Shown here piece after piece: positions 38,682 to 52,081 of a stretch of DNA of 64,000 nucleotides (the first letter of the stretch is position 1; the number at the start of each line of letters is the position of its first letter). The notes under the pieces were generated by a model. The model was not told the origin of the DNA, made no database searches, and was given only the letters and a program-made list of their open reading frames with translations. The translations under genes were made by a program, and so were the position numbers. The stretch covers positions 124,001 to 188,000 of the forward strand of contig JAQGDQ010000361.1 of the NCBI GenBank assembly GCA_030141605.1, in the 5' to 3' direction. Source of the stretch: Tubiluchus corallicola. Its lineage: Eukaryota > Animalia > Priapulida.

Positions 38682-39830
38682 TCAAGTTTATCATGATTGT
38701 TATCATCGTTGTCTTGAAAATTTGTAATTTGGTAAGTACGATAGATTTTATACGTTAGATATTGTATGTAAGCAAAATTGTAATTCGCTTTAATATTTTT
38801 CCTTCCAAATGACTGGATCGTCTACTTTGATGTTTTGCCCGAAAATAATGATGTTTGCGCTGGATTTAAATAGCTTAGGGCGCGTTCAAACTAACGACTT
38901 TTCTCGTCAAATAAGCCCGCCAAATAACTCGCCAAGTAACTCGCAAGCATGCTCAGACAAGAGCAAACTTGCTGCGAGTTATTCCCCGACACTAACTTCT
39001 TTATTCACTCAAGAAATGTCAAAAGTAAGTGTTCACACTAGACAGTATCTCAGTCAATCAATTGGCAGCAACAGTTTGCAATAACTTGCGAACAGTAACT
39101 CGCAAAGCAAATTCACACTCGCGAGTTTGCTGTCAGAGGGAGCTTGCTAAGTTTGGTTTCTAAAATAATATTATTTTGCGGGAAAAGCTTGGGCGTCTGT
39201 CGAATCAATTGACTGTGTCGTCTTAGTAAAACACAGCAATAAAAGATCATGAAATAATTAGATACAGTACATTTTGTAAGGTGTTCGACACGTCCAGAAA
39301 CGTTTGTAGAAAAAAGCATTAATACGAAACATTTATAGTTAATTAACGAACCATTAGCGTCGCTAGTTGTAGTTCCAATCAAAGACACATGCGTCGCTAG
39401 TTGTAGTTCCAATCAAAGACACAAACAACGAAATGAAGTTACTGGGTAAAAACGTTTTCCTATAGAAGTCTGATTACTCCTCTAGGCTTTCCTCGCTAAA
39501 TCAAACTGATAGTTGCCACGTGTTGGTGACCTTGACAAGATTTAAATTCCGCTCATGACATCGACGCATTTGTCTTCATTTGTTTTCGCAGTTTTCCAAA
39601 CTCTCTGCAAAAACCATGATTGCTCAGAACCTGTGGCGCGACCAGGGGAAACGTCAAGATTTCAACTTCAGAAAAGCGAAACAGAAACAAGACAAAGAGA
39701 CGACGACAACGATGACAATGACGAAGATTTGTGTAGTTCATTTCACCACACTACGAGCCAGAATCAATTACTCGGAGCAATGCGTGCTAGTAATAAAGAG
39801 TAGTTGAATAGAAACACTGGAATCGACCTC

Positions 39831-40512
39831 NNNNNNNNNNNNNNNNNNNNNNNNNNNNNNNNNNNNNNNNNNNNNNNNNNNNNNNNNNNNNNNNNNNNNN
39901 NNNNNNNNNNNNNNNNNNNNNNNNNNNNNNNNNNNNNNNNNNNNNNNNNNNNNNNNNNNNNNNNNNNNNNNNNNNNNNNNNNNNNNNNNNNNNNNNNNNN
40001 NNNNNNNNNNNNNNNNNNNNNNNNNNNNNNNNNNNNNNNNNNNNNNNNNNNNNNNNNNNNNNNNNNNNNNNNNNNNNNNNNNNNNNNNNNNNNNNNNNNN
40101 NNNNNNNNNNNNNNNNNNNNNNNNNNNNNNNNNNNNNNNNNNNNNNNNNNNNNNNNNNNNNNNNNNNNNNNNNNNNNNNNNNNNNNNNNNNNNNNNNNNN
40201 NNNNNNNNNNNNNNNNNNNNNNNNNNNNNNNNNNNNNNNNNNNNNNNNNNNNNNNNNNNNNNNNNNNNNNNNNNNNNNNNNNNNNNNNNNNNNNNNNNNN
40301 NNNNNNNNNNNNNNNNNNNNNNNNNNNNNNNNNNNNNNNNNNNNNNNNNNNNNNNNNNNNNNNNNNNNNNNNNNNNNNNNNNNNNNNNNNNNNNNNNNNN
40401 NNNNNNNNNNNNNNNNNNNNNNNNNNNNNNNNNNNNNNNNNNNNNNNNNNNNNNNNNNNNNNNNNNNNNNNNNNNNNNNNNNNNNNNNNNNNNNNNNNNN
40501 NNNNNNNNNNNN
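39831..40512. other. Assembly gap (N run)
   Basis: Run of 682 N bases. Confidence 1.
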
Positions 40513-41574
40513 CTCTATCATGAATAACTTTCCAAGTTGAAACACTGAACTATCAGAGGCCTCTTAGTCGTGTTTGTATTCATACATATCATGCGGTAAA
40601 TAGTCGGATGCAGTGTGGTAGATGAAAGCATCAAAGAGTGCTCCCATTGCTCACTCAGCTATTCACTAACTAGAACCAGTATTGCTTAACTTTGATTACC
40701 AAGCACATACCGTAGTTGCTCTCTTTGATGATGAGGATAAATGATGACGATAGTTGACGATGATGATGACGATTATGAGGACGAAGACGAAGACGATTAT
40801 CGTGGTGGTGGTGCTGTATCATGATGACTATGATCATAATGACGACGACGACGATGATGAAGATTATGGTTACAATCGCAATAGTTGTGTCAATAATGAC
40901 AATCAATAACAGATTAATATGGCAACAAATATATTTACTGAGGAATGGACAAAAATGGTCTCTAGTATGAGCGGGCAGTTGTACCTGGTTGTTAAAGGTC
41001 AACAATCTGCTGTCTTTGGCGGGTTGAATGGCTTCAGTCATCAATGGTCTAGTGTGCGTCAATGTTATTTTACGTTATTTTGATAATATGAAGCCAAATA
41101 TAAGTGGACCAGACATGGCTTTTAATTGCTATTATAATGTTGGGCAATTAAAGCTAAACGATTGCAAACGTGTGTTTATTTTCGCAGAGTGTCGCGTCCA
41201 AACATTTTATCATCTGCTGCGTCCGGAAAACGAATCTTTATACGTCTGTCACGTCTATTATGTTTGACAAACAATTTACGAGTTGTATAGTTTGGTTTTA
41301 TAGCCATTTTCGATGGAGGTTTACAAGCGGTTTATGCGTGTTGCTGTCTTTACGAGCGACATACAATTAAAAATGAATGAGAAAAGTTGTCAGTGACACG
41401 TGTGAAGGAATTTATTAATTTTAAGGCACTACGTTGATCGTTTGAGTATCATTGAGCGTAGTGGTGCACTGGAATGATGGCAACGACAAAGGCAATAGCA
41501 ACACCTTTGCGATTACTATCATTGCCATTACCAACTCCATAAAAGGTGACCAAAACATCATCACTAGTAACGAC

Positions 41575-41615
41575 TGCTACAGCAATAACAACAGCTACAA
41601 GAGCAGCTACAGCTA

Positions 41616-41695
<80 letters not shown>

Positions 41696-41697
41696 GC

Positions 41698-41737
<40 letters not shown>

Positions 41738-41751
41738 GCAACAGCAACAGC

Positions 41752-41809
<58 letters not shown>

Positions 41810-41850
41810 GCAACAGCAACAGCAACAACAGCAACAGCAGCAGCAGCGAC
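41575..41850. repeat. (CAA)n/(CAG)n microsatellite
   Basis: Direct observation; the overlapping poly-N/T/C/L/V ORFs are artefacts. Confidence 0.97.
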
Positions 41851-44149
41851 GACTACATCGAAACAACAAAAGTAGCGGGCAGAAGCCATAGCAGCAGCAC
41901 CAACAACAAAACAGTTATAATGATGGTGGTGGTAATAAGGTAGTAGCAGTGACAGCGGTAGCGACAATGGTTGCTGTCATTGTCAACACATTCAGTCAGT
42001 TGTCTGCTTTACCTGCTCGGCTGCCGCACGAACATGTATAAGTTGTATAACATGTATAAGTATAAGTTGAGAATTTAAACATCCTTCCCTGCAACTGCCT
42101 TCTCATGAGGATCTTTCTGTCATTAAAAACTGACAGGCAACTGCTCTGCATGCGGCTGTGAACCGTCATTAATTTATAATCTTATTTCTAAAGCATCATT
42201 AATAATCATTACCACAGAGAGAGTTTAATCTTGCTCAGTTGATGAGTGATAATGAAAAAGTCTTTGAAATCCCTGTAGTATTTTGATATTTTGACGTTGT
42301 TTTACGTAATAATTCAAATGAGCTTCGTTGCTCAGCCATTTAAAAGGGAAGAAAAGGGAATTTTAAGGTACAAGGCAAAGAAATTTCCATGCAAATTTGC
42401 ATTATGTACCACCTTAAAGACTTACGTCATTGGAAAGTTTTTAAAAATCTTCACGCCATCTGGTGCTGCATCACCATCCCAGTGTGCACCACTGATTCAC
42501 CAAAAAATACGTTATTGATCTTATTGACAATATGAGGTAATTTAAACTTTTGCTTAGTTAGTGAAGTGTGAACTACGAATCCTCTGATTACTTTTCAAAC
42601 TTAACGCCAGTGTTATCTAAATTTATTTCGAACGACTTTCCGTTAAAATTGAGTTGAAATTTACACGGTGTTACTGTTAACGCAAGCCCTGTATTCAATA
42701 AGAATGCATGGAGCTTATACGAAATTTGAAGACAAATTGTTAAGCTTTATTTATGAATAGTTTTTCTTGTGATTTAAAATATGTACAGCAACTTTTCTAC
42801 AATTTGCTTTAATTCATGCATCAACAATACTGGTGTATAATAGTTAGTAGAATTTATTGCGCAATTGACCAACCAACAATTTACATCAAAGACATAACAA
42901 AAATAAACATACGGTGTAGATTATGCCAGTACTACAGAACATAACAGTTTCCCTAGTTATGAAAAATTAAGTGCATTAAACAGTTTTAAATTTAAAGAAA
43001 TTTTAGTTTTTTATAGCAACCTATTAACAATATTTTCATATTAGAGACACGAATTGGCTAGTTAACCATGTTTCTGACGTGGTCAGAACCTGAAGATTTT
43101 GCAAACAGTAGTAATAGAATTCAGCCTTGAAAAGGCACCAGCCTTTTGTTTGAAAGTTCTAATTTAGATTCTTTTGAAATCCCATTGATTGATTACATGA
43201 AATGCACTGCACAATGAAATCTCAACTTGTAACTTTTCAACCCATGACCAGTGGTCAGGGCTCAACCAATCTCAGTGTAACGTATATAATTCAATTTGTC
43301 TCATTGAGACTTTCCGTTTGGTGTATTACAATCTAGGTTCGGTTGGAGGCATTTGCCTCTTCGACCCCCTCCCCATTTGGCCTCCTAACGGGATTGCAGC
43401 TTCACTTATTCTCTAACCTATACCACTCATTTCGCCTCATCGAGACCTTTCATTTCATGTGCTACAAGGTACTATTGCTCGATACTCAATGTATTTCTAT
43501 TTCCCACCCCATTTTCGGTTTTTGCCTCATAGCGGAAAACTTTTCCGCTACCCAAATGACCCACATTCTAATGTACCCAAGAACTGTGCCCTACCTAATT
43601 ATTTACCAAAAATTAAGGCCCTAGTTCAAAAACTGTAGAAGCACACGGAGCCTAAAGGAAATTAAATGAAGACCTGCCCATTCCGTGACCTTTGACCCCG
43701 GAATTTTTGGGTCACCAATAAACATAGTTTCCTTTGCCCAGAAAGTGTACACTGTGAGTTTTGTGTCCCTGGCCGTCAGCATTTGAAAGGTCACCAAATG
43801 AGGTCCATAATTTTGCATTTTGGCCCCTCCCTCTGACGTTTGTAGCTTGTCAGCTTTTTAAAACCACAGGAGCACATCTACCCCGCAGTACCCAAACACA
43901 TGTGAAAAAAATTCCAAAAACTGAAAGCCCAAGAAGTTGCGATTTGAAGAAAAAGCTGAGTTTCGTGACTCTAACTTGCAAACCTAACGAGTTATTAAGC
44001 AAAAAATTTGTAGAGAATAAATAATTGTACGTAATTCAATTGCAACATGTCCAAAGTTTAATTACAATTTTAAAAATAGCGATGTCATTCTAACCCATTT
44101 AAAAGTTAAACTTATATAAAGTTTAAAAGTTTATATATAGATATATATA

Positions 44150-44478
<329 letters not shown>

Positions 44479-44534
44479 TAACTGTTTGTACGTAGTTATA
44501 TGTATGTACATATATATTTGTAGTTTTTTTCCAG

Positions 44535-44650
44535 GTGCTAACTATATTCGCTTTCGCCACCACAAGTGGTTTCAATTCCTATGTGAGTTTCATAATGAAT
44601 TGTCCAAGTCAACAAAAAGTCACCAAAGTTCCTGTTCAGTATCCATTCCG
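44535..44650 (+). CDS. SYP: Synaptophysin-like exon A
   Basis: ccag|[39 protein letters not shown]|gtaagt. Confidence 0.92.
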
Positions 44651-47600
44651 GTAAGTATGCATCAAAGATATTAATTATCAAATGATCAATAACGGTCAAT
44701 AATTGAAAATGATCAATTTGATGTAAGTAAAGTTTAGTATAAAACACGATGTTTCAATCGAAAACTAAAAGGTCATGTCAAGAAAAAAGAGTAAAAATAC
44801 ATGAAAAGTTACTAAATATCGAAAACAGCAAATATAAAAAAATCACAAAAAAACTTTGGATCTAGGACACTTAATATTAATAGTAAATTATTGTATATAA
44901 GAACCTTTGTATGGGCACACAATTTTTACGCACTATATGGGAATCTACACAGTACATGATCTCATTTGCCATATACAGGTGTGCCATACATTTGGGTAAA
45001 CCATATACGGCCTATTTTCTCCCAATTTTATTCTCGTTTTTATCCGATTTGAACATAGAACTTATACTAATGGCGCGTTCAGACTAGCGAGTTTTCTCGT
45101 CTAACAAACTCGCCAATTAACTCGCAAACGTATTCAGACTAGAGAGTAAAACTCGCTGCGAGCTGCTCTCCGACAGTAAGTTTGATCTGACACTCACATC
45201 TCTACTCACTGCGAGAAGTGTCGAGAGTAGACAGTAAATCAACTCACAGCAACTGTCGGAGAGTTTGCAATTTCTTGCCGACAGTAACTCGCAAAAGTAG
45301 TTCACACATGCGAGTTTTATGTCAGAGAGAAAACTCGCGATAGAAAACTCGCTAGTCTGAACGCACAGTAAGGAAGGAACTTATGAAAAATATTAATATA
45401 TCACTTGCAACATAAATGGTTCGCTATCAACATTGTTACAAACTTTTTAAGACTGTACATTTTTAAACAATGTGGGACAATCAAAGATAACTCAATTTTA
45501 TATTGATCTACATTATTTTTTACATTGTACTGGTTGACTGTGAAAAAAGTCATTGTTAATTATAAATCTAACGGAGGTGATGTTTGCGTTAATTCCAGAT
45601 TTGAGGAAGTGACGATACGTCAGCGTCTTTGTCCAGAATCTCTGACAAAAGGAGCTGTGACTTTGGAAGGAAGCTATGCAACTACGTCACATTTCTACGT
45701 TGTCATTGGTGTGGTGTGCTTTGTCTACTGCATTGGTGCTATTGTACTTTATGTCTTCTTTGATACTGTTTATAGAAGCCATTCTACAGTACCAATATTG
45801 GTGAGTGTTAGCAGTATGGAGTTGACCTTGAATATAAGTGCACTGGTTTCTAAGGGTCAACGGTTTGCTTGCAGTACTCTTACGTTGGGCAGTCATTTTT
45901 TGCTGGTCTTTGTATTTGAACTTACCTAGATGCGGCATAGCTGCTTATAAATCTGTTTTTTTCGGGCTTCTTACCTACGGAATTCTGCACCAGAAATCTA
46001 CATTCTTGCTCATTTTGAATACCATATCAACAGATACATACCTTCTTTAGGAAATTTATTATGTTAATTCAACCTTTTTAAATAAGTGCTAATGTTAGGA
46101 GTGTCTCCTTCTTACTTTGGTCCCCTTTGTGCTCAATGACCTTGTTTATGACAATTTTTGTGAAAAATAAAAGAAAACAGAAGTATTGTGGCTAGAGTCA
46201 AATTAGAAGCAGAAGCGGCAGGGAAACCAGTGGAAAGAGATCTAGGGAGGGGGAGCATATCACACAAAACAGAGATAAAAAGGCTTTGTCGTAAAAGCAG
46301 ACATTTGATGAACAAAAGAGTCCAAACAAACCCGACTAAATAATAATCGCCTCGTTGATTCAGCAGGCAAACGGGCAGGTGTTTTTACCATCACGGCACC
46401 TGTTCCGTAGAAACAGCCAGCACGAAGTACACAGGACAAGTTTACTTCAATAAACCTCTTTCTGATTTTATAAAGTTTTCATCATCCTGGCAGTGAACCC
46501 GGACTACTTGGCCTCGGAACGAACCGAGCAGGGGAGCCACCATCAGACCCCCCGGGCGGTGAGGACCCAGCATCGTTACAATAATTTTGTTTAGGGTCGA
46601 TTATATTTACCCACATGTTACTTTGGATAACCCGCGTGCTTGGTTGAAGAATCAGCGGCACCATTATTCAAAACTCTGTGGTATGACTCGGTCTGAAGTT
46701 TAACCCGTGTGGAAAACAAGAATAAAATTTTTTTTATTTTTCGTTTAATTCATTAGACTGAATGTTTTATCTAAAGTTTGTTCTGGAAAAGTATTATTAG
46801 TGTTTGATGTCCATTGCTGTGTCACCTGTATATATTTGTAAATGAAAGCAATAAACAATATAAAAATTTACATTATCACTTCATAACATACAATCTGTAA
46901 AGGAAAATATGTAAGTGTCACAACATATTACAATTCAATATCTAATCATCGGAAAGTCTATCCAGACACATGCAGTGCCTTTACAAAGTTCAGCTTTGCC
47001 TCTAAACGTGGTGAAAGACCTGCTCCGTCAACTTTCACAGTCGTCAGGTCTTTCCCAACGTGTTATTTCCTGCCATCTTCATACCAGGCCTATTCATTAA
47101 ACAGTTACACAGTTAATGATGCGATAAAACAGGTTTCCTATATACATACTTGCTGACCAAAACTACAGAAGATGTACTCTTTCTTTAAGTGCTTCGTACA
47201 GTTATTTATACAGAGCAAATATTAATTTGCTAATTTCGGGAATGAGTTTCCGACAATACGATACAACCCGAAAGCGAGTAGAATACAATGAGCTATACCA
47301 TCGCTTCAGATTATCTATCATAGTTGCAGATTTTGCTCTAAATTATTCTTAGAAACTTCCAGAGCACCAATGAAAAAACGAACTGTAGAACTAATTGCCT
47401 TTTAATTGCAAGTTTTTCGCGGCACATTCAACGATATCACAGCTGTTATTCAATTAAACGCTGCTCATTTCGCCTGCAGAAATTGGCAAAAATGCAAGGC
47501 GTAATTCAATTATTTTGCAATTTCGTTGCGTGAGCCGTTTCTATTCCTCTTTCTCAAAAAGATCTGCGTTGAAAAATTCACTTTGCAGTGGAAATAATGA

Positions 47601-47827
47601 CGTAATCAACGGGGGGAATTCTTTCAGTTGCTGGCGTGATTATGATAGATCGTGAAAATATCTGAAAACGTGTTAATAGTGGGAGATGGTATCCCGTGGG
47701 TGGCGTTATAAATGGGGTAACAGTATTCGTGTTAATAAGATGGGAAAAGGAAATTTAATAATGGAAAAAATTTTTGGTTTACCGTCACATTTCGCATTGA
47801 ATTTGGCTTCTGATGATGATGATGATG

Positions 47828-47893
<66 letters not shown>

Positions 47894-47912
47894 TAACAAC
47901 AACAATAATAGC

Positions 47913-47946
<34 letters not shown>

Positions 47947-50111
47947 TAACAACAACAACAACAATAATAGCAATAATAATCTAATAATAATAATAATAAT
48001 AATTTAATTAACATAAATTCAAGAACTTGTAATGCCGACTAAGAAGTTGTGGTAATGGAATTGAACCCGCAACCTCCCTCTTGGAAAACGAGCATGGTAC
48101 ATCTTAGATATTTCTACAATATATTAATGTTTTATATCTTTTTTCCGTTTTTCTCTTTTTCCTTTGTTTGTGTCTTTCTTTCTTCGTCTTCTTTCTTCTC
48201 TGTGTTTCTCTCCCTCTCATGCCATTCTTCCTTTCCCTTCCCTTCCTCTCTGCCAGCTGTTCTTTGTTTTATTATTTCGTTTATTTTTCATTTTATTATT
48301 TGTTCGTCTTACTACGTTATTTTCTCTCCTCTTAAGCTTGCCAGTTTAGACGTAAGCATAAATATTATTCATTATAAAACCAATGAACTAATAATTATTT
48401 ATCATTTTCTTCCACTAGGATTTTCTCTGTACTTGCGTTCTTGCTATACTCTGGCTCATATCATCATCTTGCTGGGCGCGAAGCGTCAGTGATATAAAAC
48501 TGTACACAAATCCGACCAATCTTATCAATTACATGCACGACTGCCAAACGTATGGATGTGAACCAGGCTTTACCGGAAACTTCTCAAGCTTAAACGTGTC
48601 CGTGGTACGTACGCAACTATTTCCATGCACGTAGACGCAGTATAAACAGATCTATTTTTTAAAAATTGCAACAGAATATATTTCTATTTTGCTTACTCCA
48701 TGTTCTTGCTAAAATCTTGACAAATTTGAGGCATTTATACGGAAGCGTATTAAGGCCATGATATCCGAATATAAAAAATCTGGTTGTAACCATTTTTTTT
48801 ATAATCGAGTGGCAAAAATTGGCTATAACCAGAATTCTTATAATCGGATATCTTGGCCCTACTACGCTTTCGCACATTTAAATAAAGTGCCACTCTCCAG
48901 TTTGTACACAACGCAGGCAAAATGGCAACGCAGGCAAGTCTCTTTTCATATCAAGTAAAAGTGGCTCTGTTTTGTGAAATCTCAAGAGCCAAATATGCAG
49001 CATTTTCTAGTTTAATTGCTTTTAACATAATTAAAGGAAAGGACAAGCCACTTAGTATAGAAATTTTTAGATTTGGGGGAACCCGCCATACACAAGAAAA
49101 TTGTGATGCACCTGGTGTACTTGAGGACTTTTCGCAAACGCATTGTGGCTTTCCGTAAAGTAATTCAAACTTCTGCAACTTACCTAATGTTCACGTAGAT
49201 ATATTACAAAATTATCTATCTAATTTTTTGTAATAACTTATAGTTTTGACGCTACTTCAGTCGCTGCCTTTCTTTAGTCAATGAACGACGTCATTGGTGG
49301 AAAATGGGCGTTCAAAGCGTGAAGTGATCGCGACTTTCAAGTGATTTTTCTAACTACACAGACGCTTGTCGTACTTTTATTACTAAATATCTTCTAACAT
49401 TTTGTGAACATCGAAATAAGCCTAAAATTTCCCAGAAGGCTTGACCTTTCCTTTAATAAGCAAATTTTAATATCGCTCGATTGCCAGGCGTCGATGTACA
49501 ATAAGAATTTACTTTACTTTCTGTTTGCATAATTATTTACTATTCAAAATATTTAAGATTGAAATTATTGTTTCTGTTAATCAGAAGCGGATTATGACCT
49601 TTTGGGACGCTAGGCTATAGAAATTACGCGCCCCTATTCATCAGCCCCCATCTTGAACAGTTTTACTCGTGATATATTTCAGCGACATTTACATACCTTG
49701 AAGTAAACTTATTGCAAATTTTGTAATCAAACTAGAATGTTGATTTTTGTTTGTTAATAAAAATATTCTTTAAGAAAAAACTGCTCTTTTTTGCAAAACA
49801 AATTAGCACGTAATTCACAACAACCATAGTGGCAAAGACAGTTTTTTTGCCAAAGTTTAATGTTACCAAAGCTTCAGCCTATTGACTACACCCTATACTA
49901 GCCTGTAGGATAATCCAGTCCTGCTTTTAACGTTATTTATTTAAAATCATTTGTTACGATTCAACTCTTTCTTTATTCATTTCAGGGCTTTGGTTTTTTA
50001 AACTGGTTTCTCTGGACTTTAAATCTGTGGTTTCTTTACAAGGAAACGGCGTGGTACAAGGTGCGATCCCGGCCCCCAGGGGACTCTCTGTGCGCCCCTG
50101 AGTCAGTGTGA
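44535..50111 (+). CDS. SYP: Synaptophysin/synaptoporin-family MARVEL-domain protein (5' partial)
   Basis: join(44535-44650,45599-45800,48419-48604,49986-50111); all GT-AG with consistent phases. Family motifs [21 protein letters not shown]...[35 protein letters not shown]. Confidence 0.92.
45071..45368. mobile_element. PIF/Harbinger-like MITE family C
   Basis: TIRs GCGCGTTCAGACTAGCGAGTTTTCT / AGAAAACTCGCTAGTCTGAACGC with TAA flanks; relatives at about 38878-39200, 53134-53412 and 54426-54717. Confidence 0.85.
45599..45800 (+). CDS. SYP: Synaptophysin-like exon B
   Basis: ccag|[11 protein letters not shown]...[43 protein letters not shown]|gtgagt. Confidence 0.93.
47811..48003. repeat. (GAT)n/(AAT)n/(AAC)n microsatellite
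   Basis: Direct observation. Confidence 0.95.
48419..48604 (+). CDS. SYP: Synaptophysin-like exon C
   Basis: ctag|[32 protein letters not shown]...[10 protein letters not shown]|gtacgt. Confidence 0.93.
48753..48859. mobile_element. 107-bp palindromic mini-MITE
   Basis: About 45-bp inverted arms AGGCCATGATATCCGAATATAA... / ...TTATAATCGGATATCTTGGCCC with TA on both sides. Confidence 0.7.
49031..49456. mobile_element. TTAA-flanked MITE (Kolobok-like)
   Basis: TTAA AGGAAAGGACAAGCC ... GGCTTGACCTTTCCT TTAA. Confidence 0.8.
49986..50111 (+). CDS. SYP: Synaptophysin-like terminal exon D
   Basis: tttcag|[41 protein letters not shown]. Confidence 0.9.
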   Translation, partial: GFGFLNWFLWTLNLWFLYKETAWYKVRSRPPGDSLCAPESV

Positions 50112-50379
50112 CCTTTGACCTTATATTTGGTCATCTTACACTCACAATGAAAACGCGGTAAATAACTAAATCATGCATTAGGCTGTAGAAATGTGTGTTA
50201 AAAAATCGCCTGCATTAGTTCTAAAATTCGGTGAAAGATGGCAGCACGCACTTATGTCATGGCCATGCCCACGCTTGAGTGCATCGTGCTGCCATCTTGT
50301 ACAGAAACGTAAATGCGAATATTTTCTGTTTATAAAATAATTTCAATTTTTGCGCGACACTGACGAGTCTTTCTGGGGG

Positions 50380-50565
50380 TTACTGTGGTAATATATTCAT
50401 GATAGGAAGGTAAAAAGAAGTCTTAATGTAGATTTCACGCTTTTACTGTGGTATTGTTCATGGTAGGAAAGTAAAAGAAAGTTTTAATGTAGATTTCACG
50501 CTTTTACGTGTGGTAATGTTCATGATAGGAAGGTAAAAGAAAGTTTTAATGTAGACTTCATGCTT
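50380..50565. repeat. About 62-bp tandem repeat x3
   Basis: TTACTGTGGT...TTCATGATAGGAAGGTAAAA...TTAATGTAGATTTCACGCTT repeated three times, downstream of the synaptophysin-like stop. Confidence 0.9.
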
Positions 50566-51699
50566 GTGTACGTATTTTGCTACGCCAAGCTTGGCTAGTG
50601 TTTATTTAGGACAATAGAAATCACAGAACACTAAACCAAGCCTCGCTTTATTGACATTATTTAAATAAATAGCAGTGAACTTCACGGCAGATGAAACTGC
50701 CCAAAAATAAAATAATTAAGTTAATTAATCAGTAACCCATCCATTTTCGGACATGTCCAGTTATTGCTTAACTTTACATTCGAGCGCCCTGCTTAAGGTT
50801 AATGGATACTTTCTCCTAATTGATTGTGAGGTCTCTTCACGCATAACGCCCTTACATTGCTGAAAATAGATTTTGCAATTTTTTTCAAGAGCCATTCTTC
50901 AATTTTTAAAATAATTATTATTTTCTATGCCTAGAATTTAACGTTTCGTTTCTAAATGAACTGCACATTAAAAACAGCAGCAGTATGCTTCTGTGGCATC
51001 CAGTTCTTTGCAGTATTGTACGCATAGTAGGAATCTGTAGTTTCTACGTCACTAAAGCGTAATATCGATAGTTTTAAATTTTATTTGTAATTGCTGGCCA
51101 ACTGCAGCAGAGTATATGTATCTTCTAGTCCATTGTTCATTTCAGTCCGTTGTGGCGTAGCTTGCAGCTTTGCAGTAGTTTCTGAGTTATGCAGCATTAA
51201 CAATAACTTTCATCAAATCTTTTGGCTTGTTATGACATTTTTCAGCAGATTTCGCTTAAAAACATTTGCTACGAGTGGCTCAAAGTTACTGTATCTATGA
51301 CGTAGTCGTGCAACATTTGCTTAACTTTCTGTAATCTTAGTAACTACTATTATTTGTTTTAGAAAGTAGAGCCCGCCCCATATAGTATAGAAGAGCAAAA
51401 ACAAAATGGCGGCTCTTGCTCAGAAGCGCCATCTTTTATGATGATTTCGCGTGATCCCGTTACCACCGAGACCATAGTCGGCGACGTGAGAATGAACATT
51501 AATGGCAAAGTGATCACTTACAATCAAAACAATGCGACTCTTAGCTGTCAGCTTGATCAAAGAACAAGAAGGCCTAATGCTGGCCTGAATGGAAATATTA
51601 CGAAAGAGAACAATGATGTTGTTTGTGCAAAAGACAATGTTGGAACCATAGATAAATCTGAGAACAGTGGCAAGTTACCAGACTGGGTATGAGTTAGAG

Positions 51700-52081
51700 A
51701 ATAAGCCATTTCACAGTTTCGTTGTTGCTGTAGGTCAAAGGTTAAGTGTACCCTAGCAACGCGTTTTAACTACAATCGTCAAGTGACATGTGGGTGGAGC
51801 AAAATCTTTGGTCGCGTCAGTTCTGTAACTTCACTTGTTTTACGTGGACTTTACTTAATTATGCATTAGATTGTGTGTGGAGTGATTTACTAGCAGGATC
51901 TTGCTTGGGAACAAGAAAAACTGAACTAGGTAAGTTTTTAGCTAGCTATTAAAACTGTTACTATTACAATAGCTTGGGCTGTGAAGCGTTGTCAAGTGTG
52001 CACAAGTACGTTCTCTGGTACACATGACCTTTGACCTTTTCACGATCGTCATCAATCGCTGGAACTGTGAAAAGGCTTATT
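51700..52081 (+). mobile_element. MITE family A copy
   Basis: AATAAGCCATTTCACAGTT ... AACTGTGAAAAGGCTTATT. Confidence 0.9.

Noticed and set aside
39787-40545. Long ORFs in the track
   Set aside because: Composed of N bases from the assembly gap.
41449-41967. Poly-N/T/C/V/L ORFs up to 172 aa
   Set aside because: (CAA/CAG)n microsatellite open in most frames; no unique coding flanks.
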